NCBI RefSeq assembly: GCF_018977255.1 | Contig: NW_024704742.1 | Coordinates: 69,628,001 to 69,692,000 of the forward strand | Origin: Callorhinchus milii | Taxonomy: Eukaryota | DNA: 64,000 bases | Reading direction: 5' to 3' | In this document: one piece after another, positions 38,895 to 52,000 of the stretch | Layout: every line of letters starts with the position of its first letter | How positions within the stretch are numbered: the first letter of the stretch is position 1 | Made by a program: the position numbers and the translations under genes | The notes under the pieces: model-generated | Database searches by the model: none | What the model was told of the DNA's origin: nothing | What the model saw: only the letters and a program-made list of their open reading frames with translations

Positions 38895-40910
38895 AGGATC
38901 TATCTCAAACTGCCTTTCCTGACCAACATTTTGGAACGCGTCATTTCAAATCAACTTCGCTCACACCTCTCCCTCCATTCCCTACTCAAACCCCTCCAGT
39001 CTGGTTTCCGCCTTGCCCCTGGAACAGAGACAGCTCTCGTTAAAGTAATAAATGACATCCTCTCTCTCTGTGACCTGGACTCCCTCTGCCTCCTCGTTCT
39101 CTTAGACCACTCCGGCGTGTTCGACACAATCGATCACACCATCTTCCTCCACTGTCTCTCCTCCCTTATCCACCTTAGTGGGAATGCACTATTCTGGTTC
39201 GATTCCTACTTCACAAACTGCCAACAATACATTTAGGCAAATGTTTTTTTTCTTCCCACCCCTTCCCAGACACCTGCGGGGTAACCCAAGGCTTCATCCT
39301 TGGCCCCCTTTTACTCATCTACATGCTCCCTTTCAGCAATGTTATCCGCAGACATGGGGTCAACTTCCACATGTATGTGGATGACACTCAAATCTACTTC
39401 TCTTCCTCCAGCTTCAACTCCTAGTCTGTTGAAGTCCTGTCAACTTGTTCGATGGACATCAAGGCCTGGATGAGTGCAAATTTTATGCAGCTGAATGTCG
39501 GCAAGACGGAAGCCATACCATTTGGCTCCCGTCAACGTCTTCTCTCCTGCGGGTCTGAATTCCTCAACCTCCCTGGGTTCTTCCTCAGACTCACCGAACT
39601 CGTGCGCAACTTAGGTGTCAGGTTCGATCCCTAGCTTTCCTTTCTACCACACATCTGTTCCCTGACTAGGACTGATTTTTCCCACCTCCACCACATTGCC
39701 CGCCTCCATCCGTACTTCATAACAAAACCCTCGTTCACACCTTCGTCACTTCCTGCTTGGGCTATGCCAATGCTCTTCTCGGTGGTCTCTCCAGCTCCAC
39801 CATACACAAAATTTAATTAATTCAATTAATCCAATCACCGCCACCTGGATACTCACCCGCGCAAAACTCTGTACTCCCATCACGCCAGGCTCCACTGGTT
39901 CTCAATTGCTGTACGGATCGATTTCAAGATCCTCTCACTCGTTTTCAAATCCCTTCATGGCCTTGCACCTCCCTACCTATTCTATCTGCTTACCCCCCCC
40001 CGCTCCCCTTAACCTCTGCGCCACCATCGGTGGCTGTGACTTCAGCCACTATGCCCCAAAACTCTGGAACTCTCTCCCTCAATCTGGAGCCTGGCAAGCA
40101 CTGGTGTGATAGGGGTACAGAGTATTGTGCAGGCAAGTATTTGGGCTGCGGACATTGGATTAATTGAATGAACCTTGGGCCTTAGCTAGAGTAATGTGTT
40201 CAGTTCTGGGCACCACACTTTAGGAAGGATGTCAAAGTATTGGAGAGGGTGCAAAGGAGACTTACTAGGATGCTACCAGGAATGAGGGAGGAGAGGCGAG
40301 AGAAGCTAGGAATATTCTCCTTGGAGCAGAGAAGGTTAAGAGGAGACTTAACAGACGTTTTCTAAATTACAAGGGGATTCAATAGAGTGAACAAGGAGAA
40401 ACTTGGGGTGGGAGAAACTGGCGAATGGGCACTGTTTTAAAATAGTTGTTAAAAGAAACAGAGGGAGGTGAGGAGAAATTGCTTTACACAACAAATTGTT
40501 TGGATCTGAGGAATTCATTGCCTGAAAGGGTGGTGGAAGACGATTCAATAACAACTTTTGAGAGAGAAGTAGATAATTATTTGGGGAGGACAAGTTTGCA
40601 GGGCTATGGGGAGAGCCCGGGGGAGTGGGATTGAATTGAATAGCTCTTTTCAAAGGACCGGCACAGACATAATGGGCTGAATGGCCTCCTTCTGTGCTGT
40701 ATAATTCTATGATTCTATGAATCCATCCACCTTACCCCCTCACTCCTCACCTTCAAATCCTACCTAAAAACCTTCATTTTTGATCGTGCTTACAGTCACC
40801 TCCCCCTCCCTCTCCCCCTGGTTCCATGTCAGACTTCTCAACTGTCAAGCACTCCATGACCCTACCCCCATGAAGGGTGCTATATAAATGCAAGTTGTTA
40901 TTATTGTTAT
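38895..40910 (+). mobile_element. older L2 RT fragment split by a CR1 insertion
   Basis: [21 protein letters not shown] and YVDDTQ motifs; resumes at ~40720 with an L2 tail. Confidence 0.85.
40190..40720 (+). mobile_element. CR1 LINE 3' fragment
   Basis: QFWAPH.RKDV..LE.VQRR and NSLPERVVE motifs; (ttctatga)n tail. Confidence 0.88.
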
Positions 40911-41291
40911 ATATCAATTGCAAGGATTATTATTATAAAATAATTATGATTATTATTAAAACAAAACTTTTATATGGGGGTGGTGCGAGGTGAGGAGGAG
41001 GGGAGTGAGGGGGCTTTGATGAAGTTTGGGGGGTGAAGAGAAACAATTTCCTTTTCCTTAATGAAAACCAGCTGGGAAACCTGTCAAGGGAAACAGGCCC
41101 AAAAGGAGCCTTTCAATCATCTCACTCCTCACCCCAGAGCAAAATGGGAAGGGATTTAACATGAAAGGCACGGAGCAAGCAAGCATACTCCAGAAAATGT
41201 GGCACAGCACTCGCAGTATATTATTCTGATTATCGTGTTGATGTTTGCCACCCAGACCTGGACTGAAGTAGAGAACTTCACAATTTACACT

Positions 41292-41622
41292 GGAGTCCGG
41301 TAGTGTAGTAGTTAGTGTGTTCGCCTCACAAGCGAGAGGACCTGGTTTCGATACCAGGGTGGAGCCAAACCTTAGGGAAGTCTCCTTACTCTATACATGC
41401 CTGTTTACCTAGCAGTAAGTAGGAACCGGGTTGTTTCAATTGATAGGTAATAATTCCGTCCCCATTTGGTCACCTAATCCATGACTATTTGTGGGACACC
41501 GCTATGCACAATTGGCTGCCGCGTTTTGTCCACAAAATATGCAGTCAATCTATTTTACAATATATTCTTTGAGACATCTCAACAACGTGATAAGGCTCTA
41601 TATTAAATGCAAGGTTTATTAT
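41292..41622 (+). mobile_element. SINE family A
   Basis: Colinear copy. Confidence 0.85.
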
Positions 41623-41699
41623 TTAATTTTGTTGTTGTTGTATTACACTGATACAAAAAGAGCTTTACAAAGAGGAATGACCTTTACAAAGAATGTACA

Positions 41700-42200
41700 A
41701 CACTGAAGCAGGCCTAACCAGTCCATGCCAGTATTTTTACTCCACACTCGTCTTCACCTATTCCTTACTCCCTCCCATAACCTTCTATTCCCCTCTCCCT
41801 CATGTGAAGGTCTAGCTTCCTCATGAATGTACCCACACTCTCTGATTCAACCACCACTTCAGGCAACAAGTTCCACAATCTCACTACCTTCTGTGTGAAG
41901 TAGTTCTTCCTAAATTCTCTTTTAGATCTCCTAGTCACTATCTTATGTGTCTCCTGGTTACAGACTCCCCAACCAAAGGAAACAACCTATTTACGTTAAC
42001 CTTCTTAAACCTTTTTATAATTTTAAATACCTCTATTAGGATGCCCCTTCTTCACTAGTGAAAAATGGCCCAAACTATCCAGTCTTTCCTTAGAGCAGCA
42101 ACCTGCCAGTTCTGGTATCACCCTCCTAAACTTACAGTGTACGCTTTCCATCATCTTATAATGTGGAAACCAGAATTGGACCCAACACTCTAAATGTGGT
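41700..42200 (-). mobile_element. CR1 LINE 3' fragment
   Basis: RPHLECWVQFWFPHY on minus. Confidence 0.8.
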
Positions 42201-42363
42201 CTAGCGCCTTTCACGTTCGAAGGATGTCTCAAAGAGTGACACATAGCTAGCTGGGACCCCAAGCAAAATGGGGAGGGAAGGGGAAGGTAGGAGGAGCTGA
42301 AAAGGGTGGAGGTGAGCAAAGGGAAAGGTGACCGATAAAGCAGTCAAAGAGGTAAGAAACTTT

Positions 42364-42605
42364 ACAACAACAACAAAAACGTGCATTTATATAGCGCCCT
42401 CCATGCAGGGTAGTGTCTCAGAGCGCTTAACAGTGGCGGAGCCTGACTCTGAGCCAGGGGGTGGCGGAAGTGGCATTAAGCACGGTCGAAGAGGAAGGCA
42501 GGCGGGACTTAAAAAAGGGGAGAGAGGGGGCAAGGCGGAAGGATTGAGGAAGGGTGTTCCAGAGTTTCGAGGCATAGTGACTGAAAGCACGACTTTCAAT
42601 GGTGG
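42364..42605 (-). mobile_element. L2 3' fragment
   Basis: RAFSHYASKLWNTLPQS on minus plus (aac)n tail. Confidence 0.8.
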
Positions 42606-42824
42606 GTTTAAAACTAAATATCCTTTCATCTGATACACCTTTCACATAGAGCTGATCTCTCAAAGCTCTTCACAGAATTATATTGTAATGTGCACTGTGC
42701 AAAATGTAGTGACTGTATTTTTGTAAATTAATTTTTTTAATCTGGTTTTTGTCAGCTGGGACACTGGTAGAGAAACTCCCTTCCTTTTTCCAATAGCGCA
42801 GCGAGATCTTTAACGCAGCACTCT

Positions 42825-45205
42825 TCCCCCACAATTCTCCCCACTACCGCCACAAGCCACTCCAGACCCCGAGGGCTAACCTCTCCTCCCTCATCCGCAT
42901 TCCCATCCTCCCTGCCAACCAATCCACTATCTCCTCCCATCCCACATATCCCCCTGCCAACTGTCCACTTCGCATTAGCCTTCAAAACGTCCGCTCCATC
43001 TGCAATACGACCCTGGCCGTCAATGTTCTCATCCTTGATAATGATATTATGGCCCTCACAGAAACCTGGATCACCCCAGGGAATACTTTCTCAGTCACTG
43101 ATGCTACACCACCCAGTTATACCTACCACCATGCCCCACGCCCCAACTGCCGTGGCGGTGGTGTGGCCCTCATCTCCAGGCTGTCACTTGCCCTATCCCC
43201 CTACTCCACCCGGTCATTCCCCTCTTTTGAACACTTTACTCTCTGCCATACCTCCCATCTCTCACTAAAAATTCTCCTAATTTACCCCCAAAATCTTCCT
43301 CCACCTTCATCTCTGATATCTCCACCCTCCTTGCTTCCCTCTGCCTCTGCTCCGACCGCTTCATCATCCTAGGCAACTTCAACCTCCACTTCACCCCCTC
43401 CTGCTCCACTTCCTCAGATTTCTCCTCTCTCCTCTCATCTCTCAACCTCTCCCTCCACATTCACTCTGCTACCCACACCCACGGTCACCCACTCGACCTG
43501 GTGATCACCCAGGGCCTCAGCATCTCGGATGTCACCATCACCAACAAGGCCATCTCTGACCACCATTTTATCTCCCTCAACTGCCATATCCCTCTCCCGA
43601 ACTGCTTCCTATTCCTGATCCTCACCCTGGTTCACCAGCCACCTCTGCTGGCTCGGGTGAGGCTGCCGAATGTATTTGGCTCAAATCCAGCCTAACAATC
43701 CACCGGCACATCTGGCTGGACCTCATCAAAACCTATTGCTCCGCTGTCGCCTCAGTCAAATCATCCTTCTACTCCAGGTTAATCCTGGAGGCGAAGGGCA
43801 ACCCCAGGCTCCTGTTCTCCACCATCAACCGTCTCCACCACCCTCCCCGCCAACCCTCGCAGATTCTTTCCTCCGACTCCCATTGCGAGGAAATGCTGGA
43901 CTTCCTCGAGTCCAAAATCGAGGGAATACGCTCAGCTGCCACTGCTCTCCCAACTTCCACCCATTCCCTAACACCCCCCACCACACTCTGAACACTACCC
44001 ATATCTCCTTCCAAAACTTTGAACCTGTCACTCCCTCCTCTGTCATCACCACCATAACCTCCATGAAGCTCACCATCTGACCCTGGACCCCATCCCCACC
44101 CCTCTTCTTAAATCCCAGCTCCATCTCCTTGCCCCACTACTTGCCAGCGTCATCAACCTCTCTCTCTGTCACCTGGCACTGTTCCTAGCCCCCTCAAAAC
44201 AGCCACTATCACCCCCACTTTGAAGAAACCTTTCCTTGACTCATCGCAGCTATCCAGCTACCGGCCCATCTCCCACCTCCTTTTTCTGTCTAAGGTCCTT
44301 GATAGAGCTGTTGCCTCCCAGCTTCACTCCTTCCTCTCCCCTCACTCTCTCCTTGAAACCCTCCAATCAGGTTTCCCTGCTGCCTACAGCACGGAAACTG
44401 CTCTGGTCAAGGTCACAAATGACATCCTGAACATGTGTGACCAGGGCTCCCTCTGCCTCCTCATCCTCCTCGACCTCTCCGCCGCCTTTGATACCGTAGA
44501 ACACTCAACCCTCCTCCACCGCCTCTCCTCCCACCTCAACCTTCAAGGTTCTGTCCTTGACTGGTTCAGGTCCTACTTTTCACACCATCTCCACTTCTTC
44601 TCTGCAAACGGCTTATCCTCCAACCCCCGCACTGTCTTGTGTGGCGTTCCACTCCTTCCTCATCGGCCTTCCCAACTCTTCCCTTCACAATCTGCAGATC
44701 ATCCAAAACTCTGCAGGTTCTGTACTCTCGCGCACCAGGCTCCGTGACCCCATCACTCCCACCCTCGCCCAACTCCACTGGCTCCCCATCCCTCAGAGGA
44801 TCGAATTCAAGATCCTTGTCCTCACTTTCAAGGCCATCCGCCCTCCTACCTCTCTGACCTACTGTCTCCCTACCAACCTGCCCGCTCCCTCCGTTCAGTG
44901 GGCTCCGGCCTGCTCCATGTCTCCCGCCCGACCCGCCCTACCACCGGTGGCCGGGCTTTCAGCCTCTCTGTGCCCACACTCTGGAACTCCATTCCACAGT
45001 CCCTTCACCTCATTTCCTCCCTTGCCACCTTCAAGGCCGATCTCAAGACCCTCCTCTTCAATCGTGCCTTCGGTCGCCCTCCCACCTCTCTGCCTTCCCT
45101 CACCCCTACCCCACCCCTCCCCCATGCTTGGGTCCTGACCCCTTGGGACGTCCTCCCGACATGAAAGGGGTTCTATAAATGTAATTTTGTTGTTGTTGTT
45201 GTTTG
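42825..45205 (+). mobile_element. degenerate L2 ORF2 copy with frameshifts and internal deletions
   Basis: LQNVRS, MALTETW, YRPIS and DLSAAFD fragments; jumps from CGVP directly to LIGLPNSS, so the YADD core is missing; (TTG)n tail. Confidence 0.92.
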
Positions 45206-46216
45206 TTGTCATATTAAGCAATTCAGATGGAGTCAAATATCTTTTTCCAGTGGAGGGAATGAGCAAAGAAGGGAAACAGGGAGACAAATAACTAGACCCA
45301 GAAATGTCTGCCTATGTTGGGTGACTAATTAGTTTCCATGAAAAGCAGTGACACGGATCGTTCGAGCAGAGTCAGGAATTCTTCACTCGTGCCTCACTGT
45401 GATAAATGATGGGTTTCGCCACGAATATTCCCCAATGTCAAACCAGCTATTTCAGCACTTCTCTGCAGGGCTGAGAGGCAGGGATGGAGATTGTGTTTCA
45501 GTATTAATTTTTTTTCTGATACTACCCACCACCCTTGTTTTGAGAGAGTAATAGGTGCAGGTTGGCAACAGCTCTGTGTGTGTGCGATGTGTGTAACTGT
45601 TGGAGTTTAACAATGTAATACAAAATTACATTTGTATTGCGCCTTTCATGTCAAATGGATGTCCCAAGGCGCTTAACCAGCTAAAACAGCATAGCTTGCT
45701 ATTGATAGCACTGTCTGTCATCAGCAGTGCTGTGGAATACTGCTGACCCGCCTGGCTCAGGAACCGATCGAGAGACCACCACAGAGGGTTGACCCAATTC
45801 CAACAGTACAAATTGGCTACTGCATTCACCTACAAAATTACACAGTCACTTTACAGACAATCCTGTAAATCACTTTAATAGGTTTCAATGATGTTTAAAG
45901 GCAAGGAATATTACCTTTGCCATTTCAAATACTTATTCATTCCCTCTTCAAAGCTAATATAGATTTTGCTTCATTTGAGTTTTCAGGCCAGGCTAACAAT
46001 GCCCTGTGTTTGTATGTGTAAAATAAAATCTCTTAGCCTCTCCCTTCATCTTTTAGTGTTAACTTTAAATCCGTGCCCGCAAATTACTGGCTTACTGACC
46101 AGCATGAGAATGATTTCTACCTGTTTACTCTATTGAACACCCCCTCATAGTTTAAGGACCTCCACCAAGTCTCCTCTCAACCCTCTCTGTTCTAGAGAAA
46201 ACAAATGCTGGATTAA

Positions 46217-46575
46217 CAACAACAAAAAAAATTACATTTGTATAGCACGTTTCACATCGGGAGGATGTCCCAAGGCTTTGGACAGTCAACGATTTGGCCC
46301 CGAGCAGGGGGTTGGGGTCAGGAGGGGTAGAGAGCGAGGAGACTGGCTTTGAAGGAGGCGGCGAAGCAAAGGGACTGTGGGGTGGAGTTCCAAAGGGTGA
46401 GGGCAGAGCGGAGGGAGCGGACAGGTCAGGACAGGTTAGCAGGTCACAGAGGTGGAGAGAGGCAAGGCCGTGGAGGGCTTTGAAAGCGAAGACGAGGATT
46501 TTGAACTGTCTCCGCCGGGGGATGAGGAGCCAGTGGAGGCAGGAGAGGGTGGGTGTGATAGGTTGCAAGATTGGG
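46217..46575 (-). mobile_element. L2 3' fragment
   Basis: ITPTL..LHWL...QFKILV on minus plus tail. Confidence 0.8.
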
Positions 46576-47157
46576 TCCAGATGAAGAAGGTGTTTCGGAC
46601 CATATGATCTCATGACTCCAGAAATCTATTCTACTGTTCCTCGTTCCCCTTCTCGCACCTTCCCCCACTCTCCCCCTCTCATCACAGCGTTGAGATGCGC
46701 CCTGGCCCCAATTTGTTCTAGTCGTTAATTAAAGAGAAATGTCCTGGTGTCTGTCCTGAAATTGCACATTTACAGCTCTTTAAACCTGTGTCCTCTATTG
46801 TCTTGGTGTATCCTAAAATATAAATGTGATCCCTCAGTAGAGAGAGTTGGAGGGTAGAAAGGAAAGAGTAAGTAAGGTTCCTGAGCTTGAAAGGAATGAA
46901 TTGTTTTCCACATGTGGTCTGTGCTGTAACTGCTCTTATTTATTATAAATGGATGAAAATGATCTGAGTTTTTGACCTGAAGATTGCAAAAGGCAGCAAG
47001 AGGACATAGATAAAAATAATAATCCTTCCATTTGATATAAAGTCCTTTCACGTCATGAGGACATCCTTAAAGCTCTCCTTTCGATTTACTATAAAGTGTA
47101 ATGACTGCATTTTGTAGGAGGACATGGCAGCCAATTTGCACACAGCAAATGACCTGA

Positions 47158-47635
47158 CAAACCAGAATGTTACCAGCCTTAAAAGGGTTAAGTTTTGAGG
47201 AAAGGCTGTGTAAACTTGGATTATATTCCCTGGAGTTTAGGAGGTTGAGCGGTGATTTGATTGAGGTATTTAAGATGACGAAAGGTTTTGATAGGGTAGA
47301 TACAGAGAAGCTATTTCCTCTGGTGGGGGAATCCAAAACAAGGGGCTTCGTCCTAAAATTAGAACCAGGCCATTTAAGAGTGAAAGGAAGCATTTTTTCA
47401 CTCAAAGGGTGGTAGAAATCTGGAATTTTCTCCCCCAAAAGCCATGGATACTGGATTTATCCACACCTTCAAGAGTGACGTTGATAGATTTTTGACAGGT
47501 CAGGGTATTAAGGGATATGGGGAGAAAGCGGGAAATTGGAATTAACAGGATTAGTTGAGGTACAGATCAGCCATGATCTAGTTAAAGGGCTGAACAGGTT
47601 CGAAGGGCTGAATGGCCTCCTCCTGTTCCTATATT
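47158..47635 (+). mobile_element. CR1 3' fragment inserted in a SINE
   Basis: LSFEERLCKLGLYSLEFRRLSGDLIEVFK; CR1 3'UTR. Confidence 0.9.
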
Positions 47636-48064
47636 ACCATGTTCAAACAGCGATGAAACGAAAGTGACCAGTTCACCTGGTTGATTGTTGGCCAGGAAAT
47701 CGGGAGAAACTCCCTTCTCTCTTCAAATAGTGGTGAGGGATCTTCAATGTCCAGCTGAACAGACAGGACCTGAATTTAACGTCATATCCAAAGGATGGTG
47801 TCCCCGGCAATGCAGAGCTCCCAGGTCATCAGATCACTGCTGACACGAAAGGCTCTATTTACAGCAACAAAATGATGTAATTTATAGCGCCTTTCACGTC
47901 AGAAGGCGCTGAACAGTTGTGGATTTGCACCCGAGCTGGTGGTTGGAATCAAGAGGGGTTGAGGGTGGCAGAAAGCCACTTTTTTAATTGTATTGGAAAT
48001 GTAATTTGTTGTTGACTATTTAGACAAACACTAACTAATATAGCTTAACACTTTTGTCTTTCAG

Positions 48065-48145
48065 GGGAGGATATGAATGAAAGTTCACCCTATGAGCCCA
48101 GTAGGAAAGGGTATGACTATGCCAGACTGGCCTCAATAATGGCAG
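48065..48145 (+). CDS. gfra4: GFRA4 exon 3, D1-D2 hinge
   Basis: tctttcag acceptor; GEDMNESSPYEPSRKGYDYARLASIMA contains the GFRA SPYEP and RLAS motifs; CAG|gtgagt donor; 81 nt, phase 1-1. Not in the ORF track. Confidence 0.92.
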
Positions 48146-48376
48146 GTGAGTAAGCGAACGCTGTTGCCCACAGAGTTCAACTTGCTCCACTTTAGTGAGT
48201 AAATTGTTAATATGGGTTAAAAATGATGATTATTGACAATATGTAACATGTTCCACCATCTCTGTTATTGGCAATATATAGCATGTTCCACCATATTGGT
48301 TTTGGCAATATATAACCCACTGTTCCACCATTTTTACTCTATCGTTTGGTGTTTTGTGGTGTAACGGACGTGACAG

Positions 48377-48722
48377 GGTCTGACACAGGCGTCACGCGAG
48401 CCAACCGCTGCCTGGACGCCGCCAAGGCCTGCAATGTGGACGAGTCATGCCAGAGGCTGAGGACGGAGTACGCCAGCGCCTGCCTCAAACGGACCAACAA
48501 GGCCGAAATCTGCAACCGCTCTAAGTGCCACAAGGCTCTTCGCAGGTTCTTCGACCGGGTCCCTGTGGAGTTCACTCACGAGCTGATCTTTTGCCCCTGT
48601 GAGGACACGGCCTGTGGGGAACGGAGAAGGCAAAGCATCGTCCCCGCCTGTTCCTACCACGAAAAGGAGAAGCAGAACTGCCTGAAGCTACTGGAGATGT
48701 GTAAAATGAATGTTGTTTGTAG
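48377..48722 (+). CDS. gfra4: GFRA4 exon 4, domain D2 and start of D3
   Basis: [23 protein letters not shown]...[47 protein letters not shown]; close to avian GFRA4 as I recall it; donor AG|gtaaga. Confidence 0.95.
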
Positions 48723-48729
48723 GTAAGAA

Positions 48730-49682
48730 AGCAAGAGAGGGAACGTGGGAAAGAAAGAGAGAGAGAGTTGAATAATGAAAAAGAGAGTGAGAAAAAGAGA
48801 GAGAAAGAGAGAGCTAGAGAATGAGAGAGAGAGAGCAAAACAGAGGGAGAGAGAGAAAGTGGGAGAGAGAGCTAGAGAATGAGAGAGAAAGAGCGCAGGA
48901 CTGAGAGAGAGAATGAAAGGAAAGGCGTCACACAAGAAGAAAGAGAGCTAGAGAATGAAAGAGTGAAAAAGAGAAAGGGACAGAGAGAGAGAGTGTGGGA
49001 GAAAGAGAGAGCGAGAAAGAGAATGGGAATGAGGGTGAGTGAGAAAAATAATAATAATAATAATCCTTGCATTTGATATAGCACTTTCCACGTCTTCTAG
49101 ACGTTTCAAAGAGCTTCACAGAATATACTGTAAAGTGAATTGACTGTATATTTGTGGGCGAATGTGGCAGCCAATTGCGCACAGCAGTGTCCCACAAACA
49201 GTCGTGGATTGAAAATGACCAATTTATTATTGTTTTGTTTTGGAGGGATTATTATTAGAGAGCTAAGAGAATGAAGAGAGAGCATGAGAGAGAGGGGGGT
49301 GAGGGGGGGGGAGAGAGAGAGAGAGAGCTAGAGAACAAGAAAGAGACAGTGGGCAAGAAAGGGAAAGAGAGCCCATGAGAGGGAGAGAAAGAGAGGGAAA
49401 GAAAAAGAGAGCGAGACACATGAAGAGAAAGTGCAAGAAAGAGCGAGGGAAAGAAAGTGTGAGAAGGATAGTGAGAGAATGTGAGAGAGAGTGAGAAAGA
49501 GAGGGAGACAGAGCACGAGAAAAAGAGGAAGACAGAGAGAGAGAGAGAGAGAGAGAGAGTGAGAAAGAGAGAAAATGAGAAAGAGAAAAAGAAAGAGGGA
49601 GAATAAGACACAGAGAGAGAAAGTGAAGGAGAGAGAGAGGGAGAAAGAGAGAAAATTGAAGAAGAAAGAGGAAGTATGGGAA
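48730..49682. repeat. GA-rich tract in intron 4, interrupted by a SINE 3' half (49048-49257, minus)
   Basis: Directly visible. Confidence 0.9.
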
Positions 49683-50149
49683 AGATAGATTTTCAAGGAG
49701 ATAGTGATGGACAGCATTGATACTGCCAGCGATCATTGTGCTGACCTTTAACAATGTCTGACAACACTGCCACTCAGCAGTCACTTCACACATCTTATGT
49801 GATGGCCGATAGCTCTGTCTATTCAGAGAGGTTTCCTGGTGCCAGTGAGACAGCCACAGAGACCCTCTGCACCATGCGCCAAACTCCCAAAGTTAGCTAC
49901 AGCACAGGTTAGACACAGAGTAAAGCTCCTTCTACACTGTCCATCCACTCTCCCGGGTTCACCTACAGTACTGTTTACATACAACAACAACAACAACAAA
50001 ATTACATTTGTATAGTGCCTTTCACGCTCACTGTCCATGACAGCACTAATAAAGCTCTCTCTACACAACCAGGTCAGTGACAGAATGGGTTAGAATAAGA
50101 TGGCTTCACACCGAAGGTGGTTGGACTGTGGAATTCTACGCCCAGAAGT

Positions 50150-50542
50150 GGAGTCCCATAGTGTAGTGTTAAGACACTCGCCTCACAAGAGAGAGGACCA
50201 GGGTTCGATTCCCGGGTGGGACCTTAGGCAAGTTTCCTTATTCCACACGCCTGTTTACCTAGCAGTAAGTAGGAACCTGATTGCTATTCGATTGGCAGAT
50301 CTCTTTCTGGAAGTAATGATCCCTCAAAAAAACAATAATTATGCTGTATCAAATGCAAGGATTATTATTATTTGGTCACTGAATCCCCAACTGTTTGTGG
50401 GACACTGCTGTGCGTAATTGGCTGCTGCATTTCGCCACACAAAATACACAGTCAATTCCCCTTACAATATATTCTGTGAAGAGCTTTGAGACGTCTCAAC
50501 AATGTGATAAAGCACTGTATCAAATGCAAGGATTATTATTAT
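50150..50542 (+). mobile_element. SINE family A with an extra internal tail segment
   Basis: Colinear copy plus internal tgctgtatcaaatgcaaggattatt. Confidence 0.88.
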
Positions 50543-50702
50543 ATATGCGATGTGGATATTGAAGGGTGAGGTAAGTGCGTGGGTGAGTACGACTAGGTTG
50601 GGTGCCTCGTGTGGAGAAAAAAACACCAGCAGAGAAGCAATGGCCTGTTATGCGAGCTGTAACACTCTATTAACTCTCTCTATTTTTGTTTCATTCTGAT
50701 AG

Positions 50703-50812
50703 ATCGAGGCTGGCAGAGTTCCAGATAAGCTGCCAGCCTTCGACACAGTCGGCGAGCGGCTGTCTGAAGGAAAATTATGCTGAATGTCTGCTCTCCTACA
50801 CTGGCATGATAG
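50703..50812 (+). CDS. gfra4: GFRA4 exon 5, D3
   Basis: Pyrimidine tract + gatag acceptor; [37 protein letters not shown]; donor AG|gtaagg; 110 nt. Confidence 0.95.
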
Positions 50813-50909
50813 GTAAGGGACCAGGAACAAGGCTGCCGACCCAGCTCAGTGAGTCTTTCATGCAGGTTGTGTAAACCATGTGCATCTGTATGTGGACATA
50901 TGTAAATGG

Positions 50910-51755
50910 CTGTCAGCCCCTGGCTCAGTTGGTAGCACTTTTGTCTCTGAATCAGAAGGATGCGGCTCAAGCCCCACTTCAGAACTTGGGACCCATACAG
51001 TCTATTCTGACACCCCAGTGTGGTGCTGGGAGTCTGCTGTATTCCTGGTGGTGCTGTCTTTCGGATAAGACGTTAAACCAAGGTTCCATCTATGCCTGTT
51101 CAGGTGAATGTTAAATATCCCACAGCACTATTTGAAAAGAGACGGGAGTTTCTGTCTTCCGGTGTTCTGACTGATAATCCTCAGATAAAATTGGTCATTC
51201 CCTCCTAGGCTGCCATGTTTCACCCACAAAATATATACAGTCATTACACTTTACAGTTAATCCTGGGAAGTATATCCTTGAGTTTAGAAGGTTGAGGGGT
51301 GATTTGATTGAGGTATTTAAGATGATAAAGGAATTTGATAGGGTAGATACAGAGAAACTATTTCCTCTGGTGGGGGAATCCAAAACAAGGGGCATCGTCT
51401 TAGAATTAGAACCAGCACTTTTAAGAGTGAGATCAGGAAGCATTTTTTCACTCAAAGGGTGGTAGAAATCTGGAACTCTCTCCCCTAAAGGCCGTGGATG
51501 CTGGATCCATCAAGAGTGAAGTTGATAGATTTTTGGTAGGTCAGGGTATTAAGGGATATGGGGAGAAAGCGAGAAATTGGAATTGAAAGGATTAATTGAG
51601 GTACGGAAGCCATGATCTAATTAAATAGTGGAACAGGCTCAAAGGGCTGAATGGTCTACTCCTGTACCTATCTTCCTATTTTCCTCTGAAGGACGTTGAG
51701 ATGTCTCAATGACGTATCATTGAAGCACTGTATCAAGTGCAAAGATTATTATTGT
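50910..51755 (+). mobile_element. SINE family B split by CR1
   Basis: Head tgtcagcccctggctcagttggtagcac; tail resumes after 51680. Confidence 0.8.
51275..51680 (+). mobile_element. CR1 3' fragment, same subfamily as 47158-47635
   Basis: Long near-identical stretches, e.g. tttgatagggtagatacagagaa.ctatttcctctggtgggggaatccaaaacaagggg. Confidence 0.9.
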
Positions 51756-52000
51756 ACACATATTTGTATACTGTGGATCATGTAAACCATGTGCAATTAG
51801 ATGTGGAAATGTATTGTGCATTATGAGCCATGAAAAACTGTGTAAACAGATGTGTAGAATGCAAGTTGCGTAAAACCATGGGACACTTGCTGCATCCAAA
51901 GTAGTTGTGTTTGCTTAACACAATACAGTCAGATCTAAGTCTGCTTTCTCTTTATTCTAGTTTATACATCAGCCTAATCCCCTATTGCCCTCTCCTGTAG

